A stretch of 64,000 nt of DNA from Candidatus Poseidoniaceae archaeon. Lineage in GTDB: Archaea; Thermoplasmatota; Poseidoniia; Poseidoniales; Poseidoniaceae. Shown here piece by piece: positions 1-9,904 of this stretch. The position numbers were made by a program, and so were the translations under genes. Positions within the stretch are counted from its first letter, which is position 1; every line of letters starts with the position of its first letter. The notes beneath the pieces were generated by a model. The model searched no databases. It was not told the origin of the DNA and saw only the letters and a list, made by a program, of their open reading frames with translations. The DNA lies in the NCBI GenBank assembly GCA_965662895.1, contig CBFIJH010000001.1, forward strand, positions 157,994 to 221,993, written 5' to 3'.

Positions 1-1
1 T

Positions 2-3000
2 TTGATTATTCCAAAGCGGGTCGGTGCTGAAGAAATTAGCCCGCAACAATTCCAACAAAAAGCTGAGGCATTGCTCACGCGTCATCGAACAATGGAAGGA
101 TCTTTGCTCATGCGTGAGGCAAAGAATGAGGTTCTGTTTGGCGATATCGATGTTTATGGATTGAACCAATTTTTGGAATCCTGCATCGAGGGTGATGCAC
201 GTATCGTCCACACGAAGGTGACCATACCGTCTCGACTTGGAATGAGCCTCTACATGTCTGCATTTGAGGACCTTATGTCCATGAAGACACGCGCCTTCCT
301 TGTCAAGGACATCGATCCTGAAGTTCTTCGTCGTCTAATGGGAACGCGAAGCCTTGCAACTGAGATGACCAAAGAACAACTCGACAAGTACTACAGCGAT
401 AAAGCACCCGTGCCCAATTCACCCGATTCACTGTTTGAATTGATGCAACACGGTGGTGGCCTTGACCGTCAATTCAACAACCCTTTGTATCGTGATAAAT
501 TGGATGGAATTGAACTTGAAGTCATACGTTCGTGGGTTGAAAACTTGTGCCAACGTGGCAAAATTACCAAGGTTGATGGTACTGGAGAAGCAGAAATCGA
601 TGGCAAATGGTTTAATCCATTCATGGCTGAAATCCATGGTACGCTAGCATGTCTGGCAAGCAGTGATTCGACGTCAATCATCGATCTACGAGATTATGAC
701 ACAAAGGACATGTCGTTTAACATCGCTACAAAATTTGATGGCACAACTCCAATCGAATGGGAAACGATTTCGGTCGGGGACCCGCACGAGGCATTACGGG
801 TAAAAGTTCTCGAAATTTTGGGCTCCGAAGGGCCAAAAACAACCGAAGCGCTTCAACAACGTCTTCCATTCTCTGAAAAATCCGTTGATCGGATTGTTCA
901 CGAATTGGAGACGCGTAACGTAATTTCTGTCGGATTTTTCACGCAAACAGAGGATGCTGAAGTCATTTTGAAGGTCGATGAACATCGAATCACAGGAGGA
1001 GAAGAGGACGTCGTTGAATACCGATGGATTCAGAATCTCGTGCTCGATAAATCGTTCAAAAAATACGACGATGTCTTTGAAGCATTCAATCAACACGTCT
1101 TCGTTCAGAAACAACAGGAACTCCTCTACAGAATTTCGGATTTCCGTTTCAAAGATTGGAAAGATTTGCAATTGGACTCCGATGTGATCAGTGGACGCTT
1201 GCTCCACAATCGAGTAGGATACACGACAAAGAACAACATCCCAATGCTGCTTGGTCTCAAACCCGAACCCTGGATAGGTGCAATGGAAGAAGAAGTGTTG
1301 TCAAAACTTCAACCACATGAAAACATTACACGTCAAGAATTGGTTCAAGACTTCCCGAAAGGAGAGGAACATCGACAACTTGAACGCGACGTCAAGAATG
1401 CGATTTCAAACCTAGAGCGCCAGATGCTTTTCGTCAAACAGTTTGAAGAGGTCATTGGACGAAGACGACGACTGTCGCTGTTCCACAAGGTCCACGGCGT
1501 CTACAGTCCGATGGAGTTCGAAGCTGCTCTGGAGGAGGTTGTTCGGCGGATGGGTCCTGTGAAAGCAAGCACGTTGCGATTCTATGTTTCAAGAAATTAC
1601 GAAGACCTGCTCGTAGCCCTTCACAATCTCGAAACAAGTGGCCGAATTTCAAAAGTAACGGCTCTCGTACCGGACACTGAGGACTTCTATTGCACCCCTG
1701 ATGAAGTCGAATTGTTGCAAGTTCCTCGACGAGAAGACCGTACGATTCGGATTCTAACACAATCCGATCCCTATGTCTCACGGTTCATCTGGGAGGTTCG
1801 CTCTGCTTTGGATCGAGGCTGGTATCTCCCAGTTTTCAAAGGCGTCGATCCTGTCGGCAAGGTTTTGATGTTCAAAGTCAATGATTATTTGGAGATCAAA
1901 GATATGCATGTGCCTACAGCATACTTTGAAGAATTCTGCGATGCTTTCAACGTCTTGCTTGAAAATCATGCCGACCAACTCGTCGATGTTGCAGTGTTAA
2001 GCAACGTCAACAGTGAGCCGATTTCAGAACTCAGCAAGCCTATGCGAATAGGCTTGGAACGAATCGGATTCAAGCAGGTTGGGGAACGAATGATTCGCGG
2101 TGGTGTAGTGGACCCTCAGCCAAGAGAAATTGCTGAACGTGCACTTTTTCACCAGCATCATTTGCACCAGGAAACACGTCATGAAAATGAAACGTTAGCT
2201 CTACGAACCATCAAGGAAATTCGCGACGACTTTGCCTTGCGAGGTCGATGCGAAGTCTTCCGAACGAACCTCAAATCGATGGCAAGTGCAAACCGCCTGC
2301 ATAAAGGTGTCAACATGCGTGGTCACCAGGTTTGGGCACCATACGAATACTTCGAAACATTGTTGACAATACGTGGAATCCCGCCCGAGGAAGATCTCAT
2401 TGACATCATTGAATTTTTTAGCACGCAAACCGATCCAAACATCTTCAAAGAACGACATGCTTTAACACAATCGGAATTTAGAAAACTAGTTCAGCCGCTC
2501 ATTCGAACAGGACACATCGTTGAGGATTTCCGTGGTGGTTTTCGTGCCGTCCATCCGAAAACTGACAAAGATCCTGTCCATCTTCGAAAAGAATATTTGC
2601 GAAATCTGGTCAGTGATTATCCCGTCATTACTATCAAACAGTTGTTGCGACTCTCGGGAACTCCATTCAAACCTGAAGAATTGAAGGCTGTTCTCAATGA
2701 ATTCGAAGAAGATGGTACATTGATCAAAGGATTCCTAATCGAGAATCTTCACGAAGTCTGCTGGGGGAGAAAGGAATTGCTTGAATCTGCGAAGTCCATC
2801 AATCCGATTCGAGATTTTGTCTTACCACCGACGGATCCAATCGCTCCATACTTTGGCGATGTGCTCAAAGAAAAATTCGGATTTGGCAGCGCTTATCTTG
2901 TCTTCCGTAATGCTGAACCGGTTGCTGCGTTCAAGGCGAATACTCGAAACAAGACCATCGATGTAACCGATTATGAAGGTAGCGAAAAGGGTTGGCGGGT

Positions 3001-3076
3001 TGTCAAAGAATTTGCGTGGGAGCATCAAATGCCGCTCAAGACCGAGTTGCGAATTGGTGGAAAAAAGATGAATTGA
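2..3076 (+). CDS. Large conserved protein of unknown function. It is 5'-truncated by the window edge; the visible C-terminal part is 1024 aa.
   Basis: The open frame runs from the window edge to a stop at 3076. It is acidic and has no helicase, kinase or other catalytic motifs I can recognise. Possibly the C-terminal region of a very large multidomain protein. Confidence 0.45.
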   Translation: MIIPKRVGAEEISPQQFQQKAEALLTRHRTMEGSLLMREAKNEVLFGDIDVYGLNQFLESCIEGDARIVHTKVTIPSRLGMSLYMSAFEDLMSMKTRAFLVKDIDPEVLRRLMGTRSLATEMTKEQLDKYYSDKAPVPNSPDSLFELMQHGGGLDRQFNNPLYRDKLDGIELEVIRSWVENLCQRGKITKVDGTGEAEIDGKWFNPFMAEIHGTLACLASSDSTSIIDLRDYDTKDMSFNIATKFDGTTPIEWETISVGDPHEALRVKVLEILGSEGPKTTEALQQRLPFSEKSVDRIVHELETRNVISVGFFTQTEDAEVILKVDEHRITGGEEDVVEYRWIQNLVLDKSFKKYDDVFEAFNQHVFVQKQQELLYRISDFRFKDWKDLQLDSDVISGRLLHNRVGYTTKNNIPMLLGLKPEPWIGAMEEEVLSKLQPHENITRQELVQDFPKGEEHRQLERDVKNAISNLERQMLFVKQFEEVIGRRRRLSLFHKVHGVYSPMEFEAALEEVVRRMGPVKASTLRFYVSRNYEDLLVALHNLETSGRISKVTALVPDTEDFYCTPDEVELLQVPRREDRTIRILTQSDPYVSRFIWEVRSALDRGWYLPVFKGVDPVGKVLMFKVNDYLEIKDMHVPTAYFEEFCDAFNVLLENHADQLVDVAVLSNVNSEPISELSKPMRIGLERIGFKQVGERMIRGGVVDPQPREIAERALFHQHHLHQETRHENETLALRTIKEIRDDFALRGRCEVFRTNLKSMASANRLHKGVNMRGHQVWAPYEYFETLLTIRGIPPEEDLIDIIEFFSTQTDPNIFKERHALTQSEFRKLVQPLIRTGHIVEDFRGGFRAVHPKTDKDPVHLRKEYLRNLVSDYPVITIKQLLRLSGTPFKPEELKAVLNEFEEDGTLIKGFLIENLHEVCWGRKELLESAKSINPIRDFVLPPTDPIAPYFGDVLKEKFGFGSAYLVFRNAEPVAAFKANTRNKTIDVTDYEGSEKGWRVVKEFAWEHQMPLKTELRIGGKKMN

Positions 3077-3196
3077 TTGTCTAATCATTCTACCAATTTT
3101 CCTAAACCATATTCGTCGATAGAACTCAATATGTCTCATGAATATCGATTGACACGCAGGCAATGGAGTTATGAACGTCCACTCGATGAACGAACC

Positions 3197-6100
3197 ATGG
3201 CCAGAGGCTCACCCGCCGTTGCATGTACCTTGATTCTGATGATGATTGCTTCAACCTGCTTGGTTGCACCAACCCAGGCACAATCAAGCGACATTGAAAA
3301 CATCGAAGTACTGCACACAGCAGTCAACCCTGACAACAACAAAACCTACCATCTCCTATCAGCATCATCTTGGGAAAACGCCGCATACAAAGCACGTTCA
3401 CTCGACGGATACCTAACGACCATCGACGACGTTGAAGAAAACACGTGGGTTTACGAGACCTTTGCCAGTTTTGATAATCAAAGTCGTCACCTGTGGATTG
3501 GGTTAAACGATGTCCAAGATGAGGGGATCTATCGTTGGCACGATGGGACACCGTTCTTGTACCGCAACTGGGGCGTTGACCAACCAACCGGAGGAGAAGA
3601 TTCCGACTATGTCCACATCGCTTCAACCAACATGGGCAACATCATGCCACAAACATGGAACGATTTAGAAAACAATCCTGAGTACTTCCCAGTCTACGGC
3701 GTAGTTGAAGTCGGTCGAGGTGCTGATTTCTCCCTGAGATTTGATGGGCATCATGATCACATCATCATCGACCATGATGAAGGACTCACACCAAATGGTT
3801 CCCTTAGCATCGAAGCAACCATCAAAGCAAGCAACATCGATGGCATCCGTTTTGTTACGATGAAAGGTGATTATGGATGGGGAATGTACCTCACCGACGG
3901 CGCCATTGGTTACGCCTCCGAGTACAGCCTCTCAAGACATCCTACGTCCAACATGAGCATTACTGAAAACACGTGGCATACAATCGGTGTCGAAGTCACC
4001 GAAGGCGTTGGCGGAATGTTCACCATCGACGGAATACCTGCAGGAAACATTTCGGCAGAAGATGCCAACATTCCAGAGGGTGATTTCGGTTCCAACGATT
4101 GCTACACCTCTGGTGACTCCTGCGACGAATTGTACATCGCCAGAATGGGTGCCGGTTGCGATTGTTATCATTTCGAAGGCATCATCGATGATGTCTCCAT
4201 TTCATTCTACGAAAACGACATTTGGGAGCCAGCAAGTCATTGGACTTTCTGGGAAGGTGAAGGAAGCGATACCGGCGATGCATTGAACGATGGAGCCGTG
4301 AATCGGATTGGAATTATCGACGGTGCTGACTGGGTCATGCCCGATGGCTCAATTGTCGCACAAGCATTGGAACTGCCGAACGATGAATTCCTTGTTTTGA
4401 ACGATATTCAGCAAGGTGACACACTTCTCTTTTATGCTGAACTTGATGAATACACCTACATGACGGACATCGCAATTTATTCTTGGTCTGAAATGTTTTA
4501 CGATGATTGGGATTATGAAGGGGACATGCTGTTCGATGCCTACGTTGGCTACGACCGGATTCCCGCACCTTGGGATTACGACATGGAACTAACAAGTTAT
4601 TGGGGCTCTGTTTTCAATTCATGGACTTGGCCAGAGTACGACGTTATGTGGTACTCCATCGTTGCCAACGAAGACATTGAAGAGTTGGAAATTCTTGCTT
4701 CCTGGGAAGTCGCCGCCGCCCCACCGAGTCTTGATGAGATGACAGAGTTGTACAATGGGGTGCCAATCCCATCGCAAAACATCCAATCCGATCGAAACAG
4801 TTACGAGGCTTCTCTCGAGTATTATTACGTAAACGTTACAGATTCGCTTACAGAATTGAAAATAGAAACGTATGGAGGTAAAGGGAACATTGACCTCACT
4901 CTCTCCTCTGGCGGGCCAATCGATCCAAATTACTACTACTATTATCCAGAACCTTACTACTACGACGAGTACAGTGAAAACGGTATGCAACAAGACAATG
5001 TCGCGTGGTCCATGAACGATGGAAACGACGAAGAAGTGAACCTCTTCGATGTCGAACCTGGAATTTACTACATCACAGTGTTTAGTTATCGCAAGGCTTC
5101 AGATTTTACCATAGTTGCCGATTTCACATATGCACCGGAAAACGCTGACCCATCAACAGCCATTGAACTCCAACCCGGGATTGCATACGGGCCAATGAGT
5201 GGTTATGATGGTCTTGACCAGTATTTCTTCATCGATGTACCAACCGGAACCGAACGACTTGAGGTAGATCTTGACGATGGTTTCGGGGAAGCAACGTTGC
5301 ACATGCGATATGAAAATACGCCGACCGCGAGTGAAGCCGATCACCATTCAGGTGCACCAGGTGCTGGTGATAAAATCGGTTTCAACAATCCGACACCTGG
5401 CAAGTGGTACATTCTCCTCGACTCTGAGAGCGTGTTTAGTGGCGTTTCTATTACAGCTTCTTTCGAAGACCTCTATGTTTGGGAATACGATGGCACACCG
5501 ATTGAATTGTTCAATGATGAAGACGTTCACGGACTAAGCGCACCAGCCGGAGAGGAACTCTACTTCTATGTCGATCTTGAATCCCGTGCTGAAGAATTGA
5601 TTATCACCACCTACGATGGAGAAGGTTCCCTCTACATCACTGCCGATGGTGAAATTGACTACGAAGATATCTTTGGGTTTGAGGAATTTGATGAGTTCGA
5701 ATTCTTTGAAGAAGACATCTTTGGTGAAGCATTTACTTCGTACGGGCAAGGAACCTCACACGATCTGTACATTTACTCACCTGCTGCAGGACGTTTCGAC
5801 ATCACCGTCGTTGCTGAAGACGACTTTTCTGATGTCTCAATCGTGGCTTATTGGAAAGAAGACACGCGAGAAAAGCCCGAGCCTGAGCCGCCTACCATTC
5901 TCGACCCCGATGACATCTACTCATGCGATTATGAACTCGAGGAGTTCTTTGTTGAAATGGATACAAACGGCAATGGGTTGTTGAATGCCGATGAATTCCG
6001 CCGATCTGGCCCTCCGGAAGGAACAGAGTTTTCGGATATTGATACCACTGGAGACGGCATGATTGAGTTCAATGAAGTCCTTGCCTTCGCCTGCACTTGT

Positions 6101-6820
6101 GAAAATGAGCTCGATATGATGATCGAACAACTTCCATACAAGACATCATTGGAATTCTTTGATTCTCTTGACCTGAAGAACGACTATGATTCAATCGCCA
6201 TGGATTTGAACCAAGACGAGTACATTTCACACGACGAACTTGAAGAGGCAGTTGACAAATGTACGACCACGTTTAGCCCGTTCGATACGGATGGTGATGG
6301 AATTCCAGACATCGATGATCAATTCCCGAACGATCCAAGTGAATCAAAGGATGCAGATGGTGATGGAATTGGCGACAATGCTGACTTTGCACCGAGCGTC
6401 GCAAACGATGTTGTGTACGGTGCTGGTGGTGCAGTGCTCATTGTCCTGATCGGATTACTGGTGCTCTTCTTACGAGGTGGAGGTGGAACCAGTCGACAAC
6501 AGATGGATGATGAATGGAACAAGACGGATGCATTTTCAGAACAGATGTTGAACATGAACAGTCAGATTCCAACCTCCACAACTGCTCCAAATGCGCCTGA
6601 TTTGAATGCACCAATCCTCGTATCACCACCCGCCCAAGATACGAAGATTCCGATCTATGATTTTGGCCAATCAACCATCGAAGATACGGCAAACGAACAA
6701 CCATCAAGCAGTTTGATGGGAATGATGGATGCGAACGGGCGAGAACACATCGAGTATCCGATGAACAGTGGACGCCTTTGGTACCGTGACAATCCAGATT
6801 CGGATTGGATTAAGAATTAG
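3197..6820 (+). CDS. Giant acidic cell-surface mosaic protein: signal peptide, Cys-less C-type-lectin-like domain, LamG/ConA-like domain, three PPC (pre-peptidase C-terminal) domains, EF-hand-like loops, thrombospondin type-3-like Ca repeats, C-terminal TM anchor and cytoplasmic tail.
   Basis: Start moved to the internal ATG at 3197, giving MARGSPAVACTLILMMIASTCLVAPTQA, a typical signal peptide. Other evidence:
- C-type-lectin signature: SWENAAYKARSLDGYLTTIDD..EENTWVYE...LWIGLND..EGIYRWHDGTPFLYRNWGVDQP.
- PPC-like segments ending GIYYITVFSYRKASDFTIVADF, KWYILLDSESVFSGVSITASF and RFDITVVAEDDFSDVSIVAYW.
- DTNGNGLLNADEF, DTTGDGMIEFNEV and DTDGDGIPDIDDQFPNDPSESKDADGDGIGDNADF repeats.
- TM helix GAVLIVLIGLLVLFL near the C-terminus. 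Confidence 0.8.
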   Translation: MARGSPAVACTLILMMIASTCLVAPTQAQSSDIENIEVLHTAVNPDNNKTYHLLSASSWENAAYKARSLDGYLTTIDDVEENTWVYETFASFDNQSRHLWIGLNDVQDEGIYRWHDGTPFLYRNWGVDQPTGGEDSDYVHIASTNMGNIMPQTWNDLENNPEYFPVYGVVEVGRGADFSLRFDGHHDHIIIDHDEGLTPNGSLSIEATIKASNIDGIRFVTMKGDYGWGMYLTDGAIGYASEYSLSRHPTSNMSITENTWHTIGVEVTEGVGGMFTIDGIPAGNISAEDANIPEGDFGSNDCYTSGDSCDELYIARMGAGCDCYHFEGIIDDVSISFYENDIWEPASHWTFWEGEGSDTGDALNDGAVNRIGIIDGADWVMPDGSIVAQALELPNDEFLVLNDIQQGDTLLFYAELDEYTYMTDIAIYSWSEMFYDDWDYEGDMLFDAYVGYDRIPAPWDYDMELTSYWGSVFNSWTWPEYDVMWYSIVANEDIEELEILASWEVAAAPPSLDEMTELYNGVPIPSQNIQSDRNSYEASLEYYYVNVTDSLTELKIETYGGKGNIDLTLSSGGPIDPNYYYYYPEPYYYDEYSENGMQQDNVAWSMNDGNDEEVNLFDVEPGIYYITVFSYRKASDFTIVADFTYAPENADPSTAIELQPGIAYGPMSGYDGLDQYFFIDVPTGTERLEVDLDDGFGEATLHMRYENTPTASEADHHSGAPGAGDKIGFNNPTPGKWYILLDSESVFSGVSITASFEDLYVWEYDGTPIELFNDEDVHGLSAPAGEELYFYVDLESRAEELIITTYDGEGSLYITADGEIDYEDIFGFEEFDEFEFFEEDIFGEAFTSYGQGTSHDLYIYSPAAGRFDITVVAEDDFSDVSIVAYWKEDTREKPEPEPPTILDPDDIYSCDYELEEFFVEMDTNGNGLLNADEFRRSGPPEGTEFSDIDTTGDGMIEFNEVLAFACTCENELDMMIEQLPYKTSLEFFDSLDLKNDYDSIAMDLNQDEYISHDELEEAVDKCTTTFSPFDTDGDGIPDIDDQFPNDPSESKDADGDGIGDNADFAPSVANDVVYGAGGAVLIVLIGLLVLFLRGGGGTSRQQMDDEWNKTDAFSEQMLNMNSQIPTSTTAPNAPDLNAPILVSPPAQDTKIPIYDFGQSTIEDTANEQPSSSLMGMMDANGREHIEYPMNSGRLWYRDNPDSDWIKN

Positions 6821-7760
6821 ACTTGGTTCTTTTCTTTCTCAGTCCTGCTGATTCAAGCAGCCGAAGGATGTGTCGATGCAACTCAGGAAGGAGTTCAAAC
6901 ATGGCGATGGCCATCACAAACATGGCAAACAATGAAACCACCCGTGACGCATACGAATGTCCGAATTCGAACATGGACATGCCGAGGTACTCCCATCCTT
7001 CATAGGAAAGATGCATCCAAATGAGACCAGCGTTTCTGAATAGATTCAGAATATGGATAATTGGAACAGTGAAAAGCAATGCTCGAATTCTTCGTTTTCG
7101 ATCAACGTCCAATACGGAGATTGCCCCAATAAAGACAATCATGGATTGAAGTGCCGTACACGCAAGGACGAAATTGATGCCAATAAATCCACCATCGGCC
7201 ATGACCAATTCGGTTTGGAATGGATGTTCTGCAAATCCATCGGTCATGAACCACTTGTTTCCATCCCACTCGGACCACAGAAATCTGCCTTCATCCGTAT
7301 TCACCCAAGTGTCACCGAGTTTGATGTCAACCGTCCCCGTAAACGAGAGAAAAATCGCTACTTGGGATGCTACAAACCAAATCGCGAGAACCGACAACCA
7401 CGGGATGTGAGCAACGAGCAGGTAAGGGCCACCCGCATATGCAACGCATCCACGAGCCCAATTCAGTGCAGCACGGTCACGTTCGGTAAGTGAACGTGCC
7501 TCTGCAATCACCAAGGCTACCGAGATGGGTAGGGCAAGAGCGGTCATTATGGTCAGAACAAGATCCTCAAGTTCAAAGTAATACATCGAGTCGTTGAAAA
7601 AATAGAATCCAACGAGAATCCACCCTGCCTGAGCTTGCCTCGATACACCGTCATTGTGACGTTTATGCCACGAAATGGCTAACAAAACCATTCCAAGGGC
7701 GCCGGCAATGGTGGCAACATTCTTGGAAAGGAACATGGTTCTTCCAAAACCAATCCTCAT
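6810..7760 (-). CDS. Exosortase/archaeosortase-like polytopic membrane protein (possible ArtA-type).
   Basis: About 8 predicted TM helices. There is a Cys inside a TM segment (VLACTALQSM) followed by R/N-containing helices (DRKRRIRALLFTVPIIHILNLFRNAGLIW), reminiscent of the exosortase/archaeosortase Cys-Arg-Asn arrangement. The real start may be the internal ATG near 7736. It is convergent with, and overlaps by 11 nt, the surface protein gene. Confidence 0.4.
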   Translation of the reverse strand: MRIGFGRTMFLSKNVATIAGALGMVLLAISWHKRHNDGVSRQAQAGWILVGFYFFNDSMYYFELEDLVLTIMTALALPISVALVIAEARSLTERDRAALNWARGCVAYAGGPYLLVAHIPWLSVLAIWFVASQVAIFLSFTGTVDIKLGDTWVNTDEGRFLWSEWDGNKWFMTDGFAEHPFQTELVMADGGFIGINFVLACTALQSMIVFIGAISVLDVDRKRRIRALLFTVPIIHILNLFRNAGLIWMHLSYEGWEYLGMSMFEFGHSYASRVVSLFAMFVMAIAMFELLPELHRHILRLLESAGLRKKRTKSNS

Positions 7761-7809
7761 AGAAACGTTTGCCCATTAAGTCCAACAACCCGTACATTGT
7801 CCAAGTACC

Positions 7810-8424
7810 ATGGAAGGGCCAATCGTTGATGGATTTGGCTCCGCAAACGGGCCAATCGCGTTTATCGACCGGGATGGAGTTCTCAATTATGGACGGAATG
7901 GATACGTCAATTATCCTGAAGAACTGAACATCATACCTGGTAGCGGCGAGGCCATCGCCCGATTGCGTTCAGCAGGGTACGCTGTTTGTGTCGTTACCAA
8001 CCAGTCACCAATTATGCGTGGATTGTGGACCATTGAACGCTTGCAAACAATTCATGATGAATTACGGAAACAATTGCTTGATGAGCATCAGGATGCAATC
8101 ATCGACATCGTTCTAACATGTCCGCACCGAAGTCGTGATCGTTGCGGTTGTCGCAAACCATGGCCGGGGATGCTTGTGAAAGGGAACAACCTTCTGCGAA
8201 ATGAAAAGCGAGCAAACCAACGGATTGATTGGGCTGGAAAGAAACCTGCTGGATGGCATCCATTGGATGCAATGATTGGTGATCGGAAATCCGATATGGG
8301 TGCAGGCTGGGCTGTTGGTGCTCGAACGTTTGAAGTGTTGGACACCCAAGGGTTGCCCCAAGTCATTGACCGTGTTCTCGACGAGAATGATACTGGCGAT
8401 TTCTACGACCCGATGAGGTGGTAG
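7810..8424 (+). CDS. HAD-IIIA phosphatase, GmhB-like (D,D-heptose 1,7-bisphosphate phosphatase family).
   Basis: The FIDRDGVLN motif (DxDG[TV]) and the CGCRKPWPGML motif (the C-x-C-R-K-P-x-P-G-M Zn site of GmhB/HisB-N phosphatases). Confidence 0.65.
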   Translation: MEGPIVDGFGSANGPIAFIDRDGVLNYGRNGYVNYPEELNIIPGSGEAIARLRSAGYAVCVVTNQSPIMRGLWTIERLQTIHDELRKQLLDEHQDAIIDIVLTCPHRSRDRCGCRKPWPGMLVKGNNLLRNEKRANQRIDWAGKKPAGWHPLDAMIGDRKSDMGAGWAVGARTFEVLDTQGLPQVIDRVLDENDTGDFYDPMRW

Positions 8425-8440
8425 CATCGGTTGGCTGGGA

Positions 8441-9628
8441 TTGGACGATACGGATTCACTTGGAGGAGGCTGCACAACAGAAGTTCTGTTTAGACTTCTT
8501 CAACAACTCCCTGAACAGGTCACAACAGGTACAAAACGACTCGTTCGATTGTGGCCATTTGCACGAAGAAGAACCCGTGGAAATGCTGCGGTTGCTGTTG
8601 AATTGAACGTTAAGAACGAACAGGTTTTGTTGGAATTCTTGGAACAATTCTGGGACAGAGAAATCCTCCCGCATAAAGGCAACAAGCATGAAAGCAACCA
8701 CAGTGAACGAGAACAGTTTCCTGCGGATCCTGGAATGGTCTGGTTCTCAGAAATCAAAAGGAATGAGCAATTGTACAAATCTGGCTTGAGGCGAGAACTA
8801 ACCCTCAAAGATCTCCCTGTTTCGACAAAAGCATGGGGTGGCTATGGAAAAATTGGGGCGACACTTGCCGTGGTTTGGCCTGCAAATGACGTGACATACG
8901 AAGCGATAGCATGGCGAACAAAGAAGAACGCTGAAATTCGTAAAGTGGACAATCATGCTCGTGAGGTTGTTGAAGCGATGGACGAAACGTTCCTTTGTCG
9001 GGACGAACGTCTTGGAAAATCAATGCTTGCTCCACGAGGGGCATCGCCCGTCTTGTTTGGTATTCGAGCTTGGTCAAAAAAAGCCGCAAAGCAAGCGCTT
9101 CAGGTTCTTGTGGATGCTCCGAACACTGAATCCGTTGCAGGTTCAATGATTTTCGAAACAAATCAAGCAACAAACGATCATTTGGACGATTCCATGACAA
9201 TCGAAGTAGAATCAATCGAGGTTCTTCGAGGCGGTCATACGGTTCTCCAGTCCCAGAATGACCGTTTTCTTGCATTCAAGGAATCAGGAGAGCTCGCTCG
9301 GATTTGTCAATGTCTTCGTCCAGGCGACATCATCGAGTGCAAGGGTCTCCGAGCACCAGACCATTCGATCCACATTGAATTTTTGAAAATCAATCATCTC
9401 GTAGCCGAACGTACCCGCCCAAAATGTCCCCATTGCAACAAAGCATTGTCTTCCATGGGGAGAAACCAAGGATTACGCTGCAAGAAGTGTGGATTGAAGC
9501 AGGAGGATTCTTGGAAACAAAATCAGCGCGACCTACCATTGAACACATGGATTCAACCACCACCGTCGGCTCGCCGTCATCTTGCCAAACCACTGTTGGA
9601 AGATTCAATTCGGCAAAACAATCTTTAG
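8441..9628 (+). CDS. tiaS: tRNA(Ile2) 2-agmatinylcytidine synthetase TiaS.
   Basis: The N-terminal LDDTDSLGGGCTT matches the TiaS kinase-domain start (IGIDDTDS..GMCTT). The C-terminal zinc ribbon is CPHCNKALSSMGRNQGLRCKKCG. It uses a TTG start at 8441, with no in-frame ATG upstream after the stop at 8414-8416. Confidence 0.6.
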   Translation: MDDTDSLGGGCTTEVLFRLLQQLPEQVTTGTKRLVRLWPFARRRTRGNAAVAVELNVKNEQVLLEFLEQFWDREILPHKGNKHESNHSEREQFPADPGMVWFSEIKRNEQLYKSGLRRELTLKDLPVSTKAWGGYGKIGATLAVVWPANDVTYEAIAWRTKKNAEIRKVDNHAREVVEAMDETFLCRDERLGKSMLAPRGASPVLFGIRAWSKKAAKQALQVLVDAPNTESVAGSMIFETNQATNDHLDDSMTIEVESIEVLRGGHTVLQSQNDRFLAFKESGELARICQCLRPGDIIECKGLRAPDHSIHIEFLKINHLVAERTRPKCPHCNKALSSMGRNQGLRCKKCGLKQEDSWKQNQRDLPLNTWIQPPPSARRHLAKPLLEDSIRQNNL

Positions 9629-9649
9629 CAGTCCCAAGAATACAGGTTT

Positions 9650-9904
9650 ATGTCGGAGGAAACGACAAAAAATGTAACGGCTCTAATTCTCATCCTGGCG
9701 TTTTTAGGAATGATGATTTTCGTAGCCCTTCGAGCTCGCCAGAATCGTGAAGAAATGATGAAGAATCACGCACCAAAAGTGGCTGGTGAAGATGAGATGG
9801 AAGGTGGTGCTCGTCATCCACAACGGTTCGATGAGCCCGATGAAGAAGCGTTGGAAGAAATGGCAAAACTTCTCGGTGAAGAATCAGACGAGAATGAAGC
9901 CTGA
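9650..9904 (+). CDS. Small membrane protein: one TM helix and an acidic C-terminal tail.
   Basis: An 84-aa ORF with the TM helix ALILILAFLGMMIFVAL and a D/E-rich tail. The composition matches the rest of the proteome. Confidence 0.35.
   Translation: MSEETTKNVTALILILAFLGMMIFVALRARQNREEMMKNHAPKVAGEDEMEGGARHPQRFDEPDEEALEEMAKLLGEESDENEA

Noticed and set aside
2-3076. Calling the first ORF an Lhr-type helicase C-terminal domain.
   Set aside because: No helicase motifs are visible. Similarity to Lhr C-terminal regions cannot be verified by eye, so it is kept as unknown.
3197-6820. Canonical PGF-CTERM or lipobox anchoring for the giant adhesin.
   Set aside because: The C-terminal helix is not preceded by PGF. 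It is followed by a ~110-aa soluble tail. No lipobox follows the signal peptide.
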